Assembly: GCA_036172245.1 (NCBI GenBank)
Contig: JAYWIR010000009.1
Span: forward strand, 1,674,001-1,738,000
DNA: 64,000 nucleotides
Reading direction: 5' to 3'
Source: Raillietiella orientalis
Taxonomy: Eukaryota
Positions 11,340-23,700 of the stretch are shown here, piece by piece; position 1 is the first letter of the stretch, and the number at the start of each line of letters is the position of its first letter. The translations under genes were made by a program, and so were the position numbers. The notes beneath the pieces were generated by a model. It searched no databases and was not told the origin of the DNA. It saw only the letters and a program-made list of their open reading frames with translations.

Positions 11340-13798
11340 GTACGTCCTAAGGGAAGGGGGGACGGGCGCGGACGGAGAAGCCTAGGGAGCTGGGGAGGGC
11401 GCAAGGGGGAAGCGGCGAGGTCGGGTCCTCCTCCTCGTCCCTTCCCGTAGGAGTGCTGAAAGAGAGGGATGGAGGCGGGGCTGTTTCTGGGCTCGGGAAA
11501 CGGGGGTGCAGGCGAAGAGCAGAGCGACTCTACCTCCCTGCTTTTGTGGCAGATCTCCATAGGGTCGCCCTCAGAAGGTCGCCTGCATGCAGGGGACGTG
11601 GTCACTCATATCAACGGGAAGGATCTCTCCGGCCTGACGCACCAGGAAGCCCTCGGGATCGTGCGCGGATCCGCATCCACCATGGACCTCACGCTGAAGA
11701 GGTAGCTGGGGAGGGTCCAGGCGAAGCCCCTACCCCCAACAACTGACCCCTCCACCTTCCTCTCTCCCTGCTCTCCTCGTAGGGAGGCCGGTAGGCATCC
11801 CGTCTCGGGCAGAGTGCATCACATCCCCATCCAGACGGTGCCTCCACGGCCCCTGAGCCCCACCCCCGATGCCATCAAGCAGACGCCATTCATCGCAGGC
11901 TTCAAGGCGGGGCACCGCCAGCCCGGTGGGCGCCCCTGGACCTCTTCTTCTGCCTCCGCCACCTCCAGTGCGCTCCCCCATCGTCCCATCGGCAGCTTGC
12001 CCAGGCCCCACCACGGAGACAAGAACATCTACTGGGTCAAGGGCCAGCCAATGACCCAGGAGGAGGCCGAGGAGTACGTCGAGAAAGAGAAGGAGAGGCT
12101 GTCCATTACGCACCAGGTAGGGGGGACCTCGGGTCCCTTCCCATTTTCCATGAGATCCCGGCTGAACGGCACCCGTCCTCCCAGGCATACCGCACTCAGC
12201 CTATCATCCACCCTAGCATCAAGCTGAAGAAGGACCTGCCCACTGGCTGTTACCTCCGCTACTACCCCGAATACAGCGTCAAGGTCACTCCCATATCTCC
12301 GGGCACCGTCCCGGAGGGGGAGTTGAGACACAAGGTGAGAAGGGGCGTGCGCGAGGCAGGGCGAGATGACCCTCCCCTCTTGGGAGCGGAAAAAGGCCGG
12401 TGGGGCGAGAAAGGCAGGCAGGATCCGGAGAAGAGGGTTGGCTGGTTGCCAGGAGACGGGGTCCTCTCCCCGCCGCGGCACTGACCACAAACGGGAAGCT
12501 TTCACGAGGAAACGGGGAAAGGGAGGTGAGTAGAAGACGCAGAAGGAAAGGAAGGGCCGACCCCACTACGGAGAAAGGGATGGTGTCCCCCTCCAGCCAC
12601 AAACGCCCGCCTCTCAGAGATGCGGAGAGGAAAGGGGGGTAAGCAGAATCTTGCTCTGTCCCAGCCTCCTTTTCGTGGGGAAAGGAGTCTTCCCAAGAGA
12701 AAGAGAGTGAGCGAGGAGAAAAGGCAGCCAATGCTGAAGGGCCCGGTGACTCTCCGCGCGTCAGCACCGCTGGCACTGGAGCAGGAGTTTCTCCCGACCC
12801 TCCTAGCCAAGAAGTCCGCGGGCATCCCGAAAAAGGAGGACCCTCGCTGAGTCTCTAGCGGACGCGACCTCCTTAGACCTACCCTCTCTGCGGAGACCCG
12901 CCTCCCCTTCATCTCTTCCTGAGGGGAGAGGAGGCAGAGAAAAATGAGAACAGGGGGATGGGAAGCGATCAAGAAGTGGACCAGAATCAAGAAATAGGAG
13001 AATGGTGGTGATCCGTAAAGAAGGCGGAAAGGAAGAGGAAAGAGAGCAGGGGAAGATGGTCTGGAAGCAGGGGATGTGAGCAAAGGGGTCGAAGGGCAGG
13101 AAGGAAGATCAGCGCACCTGGACCCCTTTCCTCTCCCCTGGTGACCTCCCCGTTTTTCCCTCCCTGGGAGCCCTTTCGATCAGCTTCCGGGTTCGCTCGG
13201 TGGGCGCCCACAGACGACGGGCGAGGGATCCCTCATCCCTTCCGGAGGCGTTGCAGGAACGAGCGGCGAACGAGGGAAGGAGGGAGCAAGGAAGGCAGGA
13301 CCGAGATGGGAAAACGAGGGTCATCTCAGCACCCCACCCGCTTCTGCGCTCCGTCCAGGAGGCGCGAGCACTAACCCTCCAGCCCTTCTCCCTTCCCCAC
13401 TGTGGAACGTGGACGGTTCCCATCGCGGGCCCCGCGCTCCTGGCCCACCGGCGACTAACAGATACCTCAAGGAGAGGGAGGGAAGGGACCCAGAGGGTCG
13501 AGGAGTACTCCCTCGCGATGCACTCCTCCAGCCGTCCTCCCCATCCCCTGTCTCCCGCACTCATTTTCCCTCCCTCCTGACTCTGTCTCTGTCCTCGCAG
13601 CTGGCTGACAACGTGAACGCTGCCGCCGGCCTGGACCACTACGAGCCGGTGCACGATGAGCACGGGCTGCTGCCCATGCACAGCTCTACGGACGGCACCA
13701 AGCAGGTGGTGCACAACCTCTACAACACTCCCATGCACCTCTATTCCAACGACAGCTTCCAGAAAGCTTACAGGGACCAGATTGGGTCCAACACGTGA
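11223..13798 (+). CDS. Zasp66: Zasp66-like PDZ + Zasp-motif (ZM) Z-disc protein without LIM domains; spliced join(11223..11339,11553..11701,11783..12116,12185..12334,13601..13798), about 315 aa (or about 342 aa if spliced at 13794 to 13902..13986)
   Basis: All introns are GT-AG with compatible phases (0,2,0,0). PDZ: MPAIAESTVVSLHREAISEPWGFRLTGGVDHREPFRIRK|ISIGSPSEGRLHAGDVVTHINGKDLSGLTHQEALGIVRGSASTMDLTLKR. Exon 4 AYRTQPIIHPSIKLKKDLPTGCYLRYYP resembles the Zasp66 block PYRTTPLVLPGAKVKKD..SYLRHYP as recalled. Exon 5 carries the ZM motif QVVHNLYNTPMHLYSNDSF. The 3' end is uncertain. Confidence 0.85.
11553..11701 (+). CDS. Zasp66: Zasp66-like exon 2 (PDZ C-half)
   Basis: tttgtggcag|ATC...; LHAGDVVTHING, LTHQEA; donor AG|gtagct. 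Confidence 0.9.
11783..12116 (+). CDS. Zasp66: Zasp66-like exon 3 (Pro/Ser-rich linker)
   Basis: Pyrimidine tract plus cgtag acceptor; open frame to ...EKEKERLSITHQ; donor CAG|gtaggg. Confidence 0.8.
12185..12334 (+). CDS. Zasp66: Zasp66-like exon 4 (YRT..KKD..YLR block)
   Basis: cctcccag|GCA TAC CGC ACT...; 50 codons; donor AAG|gtgaga. Confidence 0.85.
13601..13798 (+). CDS. Zasp66: Zasp66-like exon 5 (ZM motif)
   Basis: ctctgtcctcgcag|CTG GCT GAC; QVVHNLYNTPMHLYS; ends at either the donor AC|gtgagt (13794) or the in-frame TGA at 13796-13798. Confidence 0.85.
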   Translation: MADNVNAAAGLDHYEPVHDEHGLLPMHSSTDGTKQVVHNLYNTPMHLYSNDSFQKAYRDQIGSNT

Positions 13799-15556
13799 GT
13801 GCTCTTCACTTGTTCTTGTGGCACCCCTTCCTTCCGGGAAGGAAGGAGGAAGAGGTGGAGAAACGGAAAGAATGCCGCGCGCCTGCCTCACCCTTGACCA
13901 GTGCGGCCGAGGGCCACCCTCTCTCCGTTCTCGCGTCTTCCCTCGCTCTCCCCCTGCCGGACGACTCGAGAGAGGACGGAGGCTGACCGCCCGAAAACGC
14001 TCCTCTCGCCTCCGTTTCCTTCCTCATACTCCAGAAGACCCCGCAGGTCATCCCGCACACACCCCGTTCCTCTCTCCGCGCACTGCTGACGACGCACGGA
14101 GGCCCGCAGAGGTCACGGGACCCTCTTTTCGACTGGAAGCGCATCGCAAAGTGGTCAAGACTGGCAAGGCGCCTCGATATACAAAGTCCTAACAACGAGC
14201 TCTGGATTTTCGCCTCAGAGTCAGCTCTCGAGAAAGCTGACGCGGTCCCACGGGGCTCGTGTGCTTGGCTGGAGGGCGTTCTCTAGGGAGGTTCGCTTCC
14301 GCCTTCCGAGAGAGCGCGAAGAACTGGAGTATCGCAGATGAGAGAAGACGAACGCAAGCTCTGGGCGGGGACTCTTATTCCGCTGCCCCAAAGGGAGCGT
14401 GGGTGCTGCTGCTGGTAGGCGAGAAGTGTCTGCGGAGGCCGCAAGCAGAACGGAGGAGGGGGTCACTTCTTTTCGACAGGCGTCCCTCAGGGGTCGATGC
14501 GCACTCCAATGCATTCAGAGGGAGAGGCTCAGCTGCCGGAGCACCCGCGGAGGGACCCACCCTGGAAGGGTACCTCACGGAAGCATGCTCGAAGTGGTGG
14601 TGCGCGGTGTTCAGAGGAGGGAGAGAGATGGACCTTTTTTTCTCGGGGCGGTCCGAACGGTGGGCAGGAAAATTCCAGGGAGGGCAGGACGCAGAGCACG
14701 GACGAGGGGAGGGGTACCTGACGAGCCATCCGAGACCTCCATGATGGAGCAACGAACTCCTGGACCATCTCTACCCCTTCCTTCTCCTTTGCGCCAATGC
14801 CAGAGGATAAGTCGCCGTTCTGGTTTCTTCGGGGAGCACAAGAATCAATGCCAGCTTGCACTGTCCGTGATGGTGACATGAAGCGCATTCGTTCTTGCGG
14901 CGATGAGAGAGTTCGGCCAGGACAGTACAGAGAGGAGGTTACGCGAGCGCTCCTGTGGAGGAAGAGATGGAGATGCTTCTCCCCACCTTGGAGCGTTTTT
15001 CGACCGTCCCCGCCTTCTGAAGAGACGCAGAGTTTCAGGGCCCGGTCGGCGGATCGACCGCCTCCTTGCGGCACCGCTCCAAGCCTTCGGGCATTCAGAC
15101 GCATCGCGCGCGTGTCCTGATTCCTCGCGGTCCTTCATTCTCCTCAAAGCTCCGTGCGGCTCCTCCAGAGATGCTTCCAGGTTGTCTGCTGTTTCCGCTT
15201 ATTCAGGTGTGCCTCTTTTTCTGACTTCGGTCTCCCCGAGCCTCCTGGATTCCCTCCCAGTGCCGCTCGATGGCTCCTTCGCTTTCGGTGGACTCGCTCC
15301 TCTCAAGCCCTCCTTTGCTCCGCCTCCCAAGTTTTCCAAAACGTCTGTGCGGCGTTCCTGTCAATTCCCATCGTAGTCACGCAGATCCGATGTCTTCGGT
15401 ACGGCGTGTGTTGATGTGTGTAGCGTGCGTCACGTGACTGCCCGTGTTTTCATAGAAGAGCTGCAAAGCGTTCCCAATGTACCGAGAGGGAGCAGAAAAA
15501 TACGTGGCGACTGGTGGCTTGTCCTTGCTTTTTTCCAGGAGCACCAGTTTTTCTGA

Positions 15557-15965
15557 GGTGCCGATCAAAATCCCGGGAGACCGAAGTCCCGAAAGATTAC
15601 AAAGAAATGTGCTCGTTCTACTTAGATTAATATACAAATTTACTTTACTACACAGAGTTATTCATATGTATCCATATACATATTATCAGCAGTAATATTA
15701 TTTGAACGTATGTACTTATTAGAACTTATACATTTTATTAATATAATTAATAAGTTGTTGATTACATATATATGTGTGTAAAGAATAATATGTGGATTAT
15801 ATCATTAAGTCTTAATAAATATAAATGCTTCAATAATATTGCTGTTAATGTGTAGGTTACTGAATAACTGCGAATATTGAAATAAAGTTGTATACCAATC
15901 TATGTACAACAAGCATATGTGTTAATTTTTAATAAAGCAGTCTTTCGGGATTTTGAACCAGACCC
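15557..15965. mobile_element. AT-rich MITE-like non-autonomous DNA transposon (possibly Mutator-like)
   Basis: Left end GGTGCCGATCAAAATCCCGGGAGACCGAAGTCCCGAAAGAT matches the reverse complement of the right end, GGGTCTGGTTCAAAATCCCGAAAGAC. The interior is roughly 80% A+T in a much more GC-rich background. No clear TSD. Confidence 0.55.
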
Positions 15966-16149
15966 TTTCCGCCCGGCACTGGTATCCCTGTTCAGTGATC
16001 ATACACTTCACTGACACGTGCTATTTGCCTTCACTGATTTCGTATTTTGGTACCTTGCTCTCTGGAAAAGGATGTACAAGTGTTGTGTATGCAGCCCTTT
16101 AGGATGCCTGCGTGCACACATAATCCCTGGCGAATGTTTCCATGCTCGT

Positions 16150-16400
16150 GTACAGAATCGTCGTGGCCCCGAAGGCAATTTGCAAATGCTGGAAGACCGA
16201 ACGGGCCAATCAGGCACAGATCGCGGCACACATGATTCTGCCCATCACCCACGTAGTCGTCAGACCTCCGCATGCCACGCCCGCCCGTCTGTTTCTCTGA
16301 AAAATCTGGAGGTGCACATCATTTACCAAGGATTTCCAACGTTACGCGGGAGCTGGGATGAGAATATGACTGAACACGTCCCAGTACCAACCTGATTTTC
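16150..16400 (+). mobile_element. Decayed retroviral-type integrase fragment
   Basis: GTHDSAHHPRSRQTSA (like HxxSxPYHPQSNG) followed by SLKNL and SWDENM (like WDxxL). Confidence 0.35.
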
Positions 16401-19400
16401 CCGTCCTCCTCCTCCTCTTTTCCCAAGTTGTTCTGACCGATGCCGAGGGGAGCGGCGGATTCAATTACCCTGCCGGGCCGTGGAGTTTCCACCACTTTCA
16501 TCGCAGTTTCTTTCAAACTCTTCGCGCTGCTCCCGTTGTTGGATTAGCCATTTTCCTCCGCAGCCCAGTGAGGATGCTGACCGCAAGCCGAACACCTATT
16601 TTCGAATACCGCCACAAGTCGTGCCCCAAGAAAGTGCCGTCGGAAAGAATTCCCCGAACGATCCCTGCTCTGTAGGCGCGCTTCCTTCTTGGAGAGCCAT
16701 TTCTGCTAGCTCGTCCAAGTGTGATCAAACCTCCCAGGCAGCTGGCGGATCACTGTGCGCTCTACAGAGACCCCAGCTGGGTGTGGGATCGAGTGCCTAC
16801 GGCTTCAACCTCCTGCGCTTTCAATGGCACACACCCTCACAGCATCATTCCGTGCTCTAAGACTTGTTCTCACAACAAGAATCGCGCATGTACGGAGAGC
16901 ATGTACATAGTTTGCTTTTTCGAATGAGTGACCACTCCGTGACCCCTCGCACTCACTAAAAGCATTTTGTATTTAAAGGAATCTGAAACCGACAGGACCA
17001 CCTGCCACCTACGATCCCAAGAAATCGCCCACATATCAGGTAGAGCACTCGATTTCATTTTATTCTTCTCGGATGAAATCTTTCCTTCCTCTAAGAGTTA
17101 AAGATGATGCTGCCGTTTAGTTGCAACTGACTAACTTTCCGTGGGCGCTTCGATTCCCGCCCCGTAGATAGACGAGGACCCCCGAACCCGGCTGCCTACG
17201 AGCGGCCGCTTTTCCGTTTACGAACCGTTTTTTATCCCTTCAGCTCTTCCCGGGCGAAGTCCGCCCCGGTGTTCAGATATTGCGCGAACGCTCCAGCGGA
17301 TGAGGCGTCCTGGTGTGTTAGGAGATTATTGCAACCGGAAAGACGCCGGTGCCTCCTACCGTTTCCGTGGCAGCAATGAAAGATGCAGCAGCAGACGTTC
17401 CATTCAGGAATTCGAAGAAGCTGCCTGAGAGATTCAGAGCGTGGTAGCACGGAGCGTGTGAATTCTTCTAACTGTAAACTTCCATGGCATCGCCGCTGTG
17501 CCACAGACAGATTCCGATACAGCTGCCTCGATCCACGATTCCTACTAATGCTGCTACTGCTACCCCAGTTCCTCCTCGCTGTATCTCATTAATCGCGACG
17601 TACTGCAACCATGGGCTCTGTTTCGATAATTGGTGGATCCACAGCTTGCTCCACATGTATGTGTGTGTGCGTGTGTGAAGCAATGGCGATACGTTTCCAT
17701 CCCCGCAGATGAGGAGCACCTGGGCGGGTGCACACTCCAGCCGTGCGAATTCCGTTCCGAGTCGGATCGAATCCGCCCACTGCGGTATCGCGTGCACGTG
17801 GAATCGCTTGCGCCTGCATCGAGGGTGGCGCGGTGCTTCTCCGCTCTGCTCCTGACCCTGACTTACTGACGGAAGACATTCATTGCCTCCCCTCTCCAGG
17901 CGGTTCTTGAGGAAGAGTGGAACGAAACCCACAGAGGGAAGGAGTCAGAAAGCCGCATAGAAAACCTGCAGCACCACTACAACGTCCACACCACAGCGCC
18001 TAGGTCAAAGCAACACACCTTCCAAGCAGAATACTCTCACGGTGTGAGTCGATGAGTTTTATAGAACGTCCTGGACGAGGATCCGGGAGGAGGGGCGTCC
18101 TCAGCGGGGGCGCGCTTCCGCTCCTTCAATGATGATCCGTGGCGTCTCGTTTCAGGAGTCTCCTATCGCTCAGAGCCACAGTTTCCAACGCGTGATGGCA
18201 GGAGTGCTTGGGAGCACTAGGCAGTAGAAGGAAACGAGCCGAGGGAACACAGCAATCTCCTGCTGGGAGGAAGAGGAAGATCGCTCGTTAGCTTTAAAAC
18301 AAGGAGCTTTGAAACAGGGACGATAGTAGAAAGAGTTCTTCTCTAACGCCTCACGGGGACACGCAAGAAGAAAGGCTTCGATTAATCCTCATTTCTGCAA
18401 CGATTTGTTTTGCTGTGTGGAAAAAAAAAAAAAAAGGAAAAATTCCCCCCTCTCCAAAAAAACAAAAAAAAGGAACAATTTTCCTTTGAGCGCTTTTCAA
18501 GAACCAAACGTGGTACGCACCGCCGGTGGAATGTCTTCTAATTCTGCTTCGCCAATGGTTGTCGCGTTCAATGTTGGCCTGAGTTTCGTTGTTGCTTGCA
18601 CGTGGAAGTTTCATCCCTTCTAACTGGAAATAAAGTATTTATTGAGAAGTACAGCCGACCTTTCCCGTTCCGGGCGCCGCCGGCTGCTCCGACGAAAGGG
18701 ATCGGCGTCCATCTTGGGGAGCGACCTGCCTGCTGGTGGAGCCAGCTCCTCAAGATGCCCGCTGGAGTTTGGCAGCAGCTCAGTGAAGGGGGGGTATGGA
18801 GGAGTGGTTGGGCGTTTCCGATTCATTTCGAGTGATGGTGGGGCAGAGGCAGCATGCGAGGGATCGACCTGGCAGTGAGTCCTCGAAGGCCACTTTCATG
18901 GGTCGGGAAGAAGCAGAAAGCTGCCAAGGACACGGGGACCAAAGCAGACAACGTGGTTGCTGACACGAAATGCTGCATCCTCCTCCTGAACCGTTTCATT
19001 TCGTCCACGGAAGCTCTCTTCCCGAGGGACGTGCCGGATTCTTCAAAGGAAAACGCGTCCAGGCAGCTCAGCCTACGGAGCACGAGGTCCCTGGGTGAGA
19101 GGGAAGGAGTCGCAGATGACACAACCATCTTAACTATTCATCCATCTCTTGAGAAGATCTTACGAAAAGTAATGCTGTCTGATGAAGGCCTTCATCAAGG
19201 AGGAGGGCGTCCCGCGGACGAGGGTGGCGAGTGAATTACCATCGAGGAAATGATGCTGGCTATGGGTCCCTGGATGGCTTTCAGGGCAGTTTCTAAGGAG
19301 ACTTTCTCTCTTCGGTAGCGCTGACATTAAATGAAACAGAGAGCCCGACCTCATCTGGGGACCGGCCTCCCATCGGTAACCCACCCCAGGCGCCGGAAAG

Positions 19401-20799
19401 GGTGCGCAGGTCGTGACATCATTGAGGACCTCTCCAAGAGGACCACGCGGGAGCCGAGGTGCGGAAGGGACATCTTGGTCCGGCAGCAGGAAAATGCTGA
19501 AGACGAGTCAGTGCAGCCCCTACGACGGACTTGACGGACTCCTATGCAAGATAATGCAGTGCGATCACCATATCGCCGCAAGCTTTGCACCGTCCTCGTC
19601 TCACGCTCCTTCCCGCATGGTTTCCAACGAAATACAACCAGTGAGGTTTCGCGGCCCTCTTCCATCTTGCTCCCCTGCAGAAGGAATAGGCGGGAGCACC
19701 CCTGGTGCGCAGACTCTACCGGCATCAATGGATGAAGAACTTCGCTACGACGAGGTGAGGGGAGGTCCGGCTGAGGGTTGAAATGGAAACAGAGAGGCAG
19801 ACATTGTGCAACTGGCAGTGGGGGCTGCTAAGAAACGCAACTGCCAGAAAGAAGTTTGATTTTTGCTCCCTGACCGGGAGCTTTTTCCCTTGGGGAGGAG
19901 GGGGGCTCGAGAAATGGCCGACACCAGCGGGGAGGGATGAAAGGCGGCAGACCTTCGAAAGCGGAAGACAAACAGCACCGTGCGTATCGACTCGAAGAGG
20001 CGTCCCATTAACAGATGACGCAGGACGCTGGAGAGCTCTTGTGCGGTCGAGACGCAGCCCTGCAGCGTCCGCACTCACCTCGCACCGTAAGATGCATGCA
20101 GATGCGCCAAGAGTGGTATGGATAGCAGGGTGAGCGATGCCGAGAAGTGGGGCGTTCCCGGGCAAGGAGAAGAACCTTTCCTGGAATTCGGATAGAAAGG
20201 TGAACTGGAATTCTTGCTTCTGTGGTGAGTGGATTCTACTTCTCTGAAATGATCTCTGGTAGATGAGAAACAAGGAAGAAGGAGAGAAACGAACTGGTGG
20301 ATCCCGGACGCTGCAAGGACCTTTGATTTGAATACCTGAGGAGAGCGTCTTGTGCTTGCTCTCCAGCCTTAACGAACGCACGGATGGCTGTCCAGTCCGG
20401 AATCTTTCAAAGTGTATGGTAGCACGGCACCATACACTCTGATCGCTCCCGTGCTTACCCCAGCCACGTGAAGGTACTTCAGCCCTTATGTGGCGACCTT
20501 GCTGCTGGCTCCCATGGAGCTCCCGCGTCTGTGATCAACATCGATCGGGGACGAAGTCGGTTTGGTTGCGATTTGCACCTTAAATACTGAAGCTTGCAGG
20601 GGCAAGTGAAAAAAGTCGCCCTCTCGGGGGCAGCAGCTTCATTGCCCTTGCACGAGAGACCAGGTTTCTTTTTTGCCCTGGGGGAAGGACAAGTCGGGAC
20701 ATGCATGCTAGCAACGCACCGGTACGAACGCAGTCAGCAGCAACGAACGCCCCGTCGTCACCAAGGAAGCGAAAACAGGCAGCATTGTTTCGCAGCAAC

Positions 20800-23700
20800 G
20801 GAAACTTTGTTTCGATTTTAGTGTTCGCACAGCCAAAGCGTGCACCCTGTTCAACAATGCGAATGTTTCTTTGGCAACCGACATTGTTGTTCAGCAAGAA
20901 AGCGCCTTACCCAACCAACAAGAAGATTATCCCTTCCTTCGATCGCATCGGGAAGAAAATATTGTTTGCCATTGAAAATGGCATTTTCTGTCCAAAGGAC
21001 CACTTTGAGCTCACAGAGAATCCATGGAGACCTCCGTCTCTCCCAGAGCATGCGAACGCGTCCGAGTAGAGTATGGCTTTGATGCTGCGTTTCCGGAAGC
21101 CACAGGCACTTTCCCTCTGGAAGTCTTCCCTTGAGGACACGGCGAAAACAACAAATGGTGATGGCACGAGCCAGGAAGTTTCTTTCCGACCACGCTCCGC
21201 CGTGCTCGGCAGAGAAGCTGGCTACGGTCTTTCGAGTCCTTCTGATCTTCTTGAGCGTACGGAAGCCTGTATTCAAAAAGCAACGTCAGAATCAGCTGCC
21301 GTCCCACCGCCACTTTAAAGACCTCAGGACGGTGCAGGAGACTGAAAGCCCTTGCATCCTGCCCTGGCGTTTCGACGGACGAATAGTGCCATAAACACTT
21401 AGGAGTTTTCTTTTTTTTTTTTTTGGTTCGCTAAGTACCTCAGAACCGGTCGCGTGCCTCGCAGCTCACGTGGCTCTTTTTAAACATTAAACACAGTGTT
21501 TTGTTTCCACGCCTCTCCGCCCGCGGCAACCCGCAGGGGGGCGTGTAATTCTTCAGTGTAATTTTTCAGGATAGGGGACACCCCGGGATGGGGGTCCGCC
21601 CTATGAATCCAGGAAGGGCTCGGAGTCCGTTTCTCTCACGCTCGGGGAGTTATCCTCCCGGATGGGGGGGATCGCACCTCCCACCCTGGTTGTCTCCGAA
21701 GGGGAACCCCGAAGGGAATCTCCTTCCTCATTCTCTCCGGAGGACCACCCCCTGGTAGGGGGGTGGTCCTCTCCATTTTTTCTTCTCCGAAGGGAACCCG
21801 GAAAGGATCCGCTAATAGGAATTTCTTCTCCGGAGGGAACCCGCAAGGGAACCGCTCCTGTTCACTCCTCTGAAGAGAACCCCGAAGGGACGCGTCCGAA
21901 ACTCAGAAGGGGTGCTGCAGCTTCCCGCAGGGAATCGCTCTCGCTTGCTTCCTTGTGCACTCTGTGAAGAGGCGACGACTCAGAGGGACCCCCGCAACAA
22001 GGGGGTCCGCTCCTTTGAACAACTGGAGAGGTTCCTGTGAGGGCTCCTGCTCCATCTTGAAACCGGAGGGGTCCCCCGGTGATGGGGGTCCGCTCTCCGT
22101 TGCACGACAGGAGGGGGAACTCCCCACTCCTTGATTCCTGGGAGGACCCGAAGGTCGACTTTCATTGCTCCGGCCTTCATCGGGGACCTCCGGCTTAATC
22201 CACCGCCGGTGCCACGCCCGAATGTCTCGGCCAACCAGCGCCATCTTGCAGGAGAAACTCGGAACCCAAATGACGCAGTGGCGTCGGAGTTTCTGCCGAA
22301 GTATTCGAACCCGCGACGCGTGGTACCACACGCGGAAGCCTTAACCACAAGGCCTCCGACGCGGACACTTAGGAGTTGGTGCTGCAAACCAGGATCCATC
22401 CCATTATCTTCATGCATCTTTTCTGGTGACGATCTCATCTGTCCGTGCACCGCGAAGAAAGGAGATTCGGGTGAATCTCCTTGGTTTCAGCAGCCGGGTG
22501 GAAATTGCTGGGAAATCGATGCCTGCACGCCGGAGGATTGCTCCGAATCTGCCATTTGATCTCAGGCCTTCTTTCCTGCTCTTCTGAGAAGTGAAGAGTC
22601 GTGGCACCATCATTACACTCTACGGAAACTTCCCATCGGCGCAGCTCGCGTGTTTTCAAGGCACGTGGTTTCTCAGCCTCAAACGAACCAAAGTTTCGAT
22701 GCAGATCGGAGTCATCGATCGCCTTTGCCCACCGTTCCTCTGCAGCAGAACCGATACGTCGCTGATGCCTGAGATCGATGCCAGGAAGAAGACTCCGATC
22801 TCATGGGTTTGTTTTCACTCTCTCGCGGTGGGTGCGGCCCACATCGCTCCGGATTTTCGAAACACGTAGCGAGCCTCGAATCCAGAGGGTCCAGATTCAT
22901 GCAGAGCAAACTGCTCTCTGTATACGGCGAACGGGCGAACGAAACTGGAAAGCATCAACCTTTGATTAAATATCTGGGGAAATGGCTTGTCAGGAAACAT
23001 CACCTTTGATGAAATGCCATGGAAATTGTGAAAGACAGTTAATCTCTGCGCCCGTCCTCTTACAGCGTTCAGTGCTAATGTTCGGTTTCCTGGCAGCGTA
23101 GGCCGTGCATGCATTCCAGCTGGATAATGGTGTCCTTGTATTCGGCGCTTCTCAATAAAGCGGAATTTGAGGCTGTTCCTGATGAATTTGGAAGTTAACG
23201 CAAGAATGCACGCAAATTTTAGGTCGGGCACCTTCCCGCATTTTCATTTTTCTGCCCTGGAACCTTCGCTCCATTGTGGTAGCAGCGCTAAAAAGAGTAC
23301 TTTGCAGCTCTCTCTTGAAAAGCAGCGTTTCGGATTTGCAAGAGGACGCAAACCGACGTGTCATGCCGCCCAAACGGAGGGTTGTCCCGAAATCATTCAG
23401 ATGGCTCGAAAAGCAGTATCGGCTATCAATTAGATCAGTTTCAAAGGGTTTGTACGGATCATTCGACCGCCTCCCCCTTCATTATTGTCAGGGCGTGTTT
23501 CGGGAAGATAAAGAGATTCCACTCAACCAAGGGATGAGGAAATTCTGCCCTTCAGCAATGTTTTGTAAGTGTGTGTTTGAGTCAATAGTCAGGAGTGTGT
23601 GTTGCTGCGTGAGCCACTTCCTTGATCTTGAAAAGCCTGGTGGAAATCACATGTGTCACGAGCCAGTCCAGAAAATCCTGTCATCTTTGGAAGCCATGGT

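Noticed and set aside
10557..11450. 297-aa ORF on the + strand
   Set aside because: GC-rich upstream read-through; recognisable protein starts at ATG 11223 and is spliced at 11339.
19230..19300. ITIEEMM (piggyBac-like) or DAGYGS (DDE-like) peptides
   Set aside because: Isolated short matches in different frames with no supporting motifs.
21865..21910. CTGAAGA...CGAAAC hammerhead-ribozyme-like core inside SINE copy B
   Set aside because: Stem II pairs poorly, no stem I or III partner is present, it lies antisense to the SINE, and the other copies read CCGAAGA.
22281..22364. Functional tRNA gene
   Set aside because: No proper 7-nt anticodon loop or T-stem; it is the head of a TSD-flanked, A-tailed repeat.
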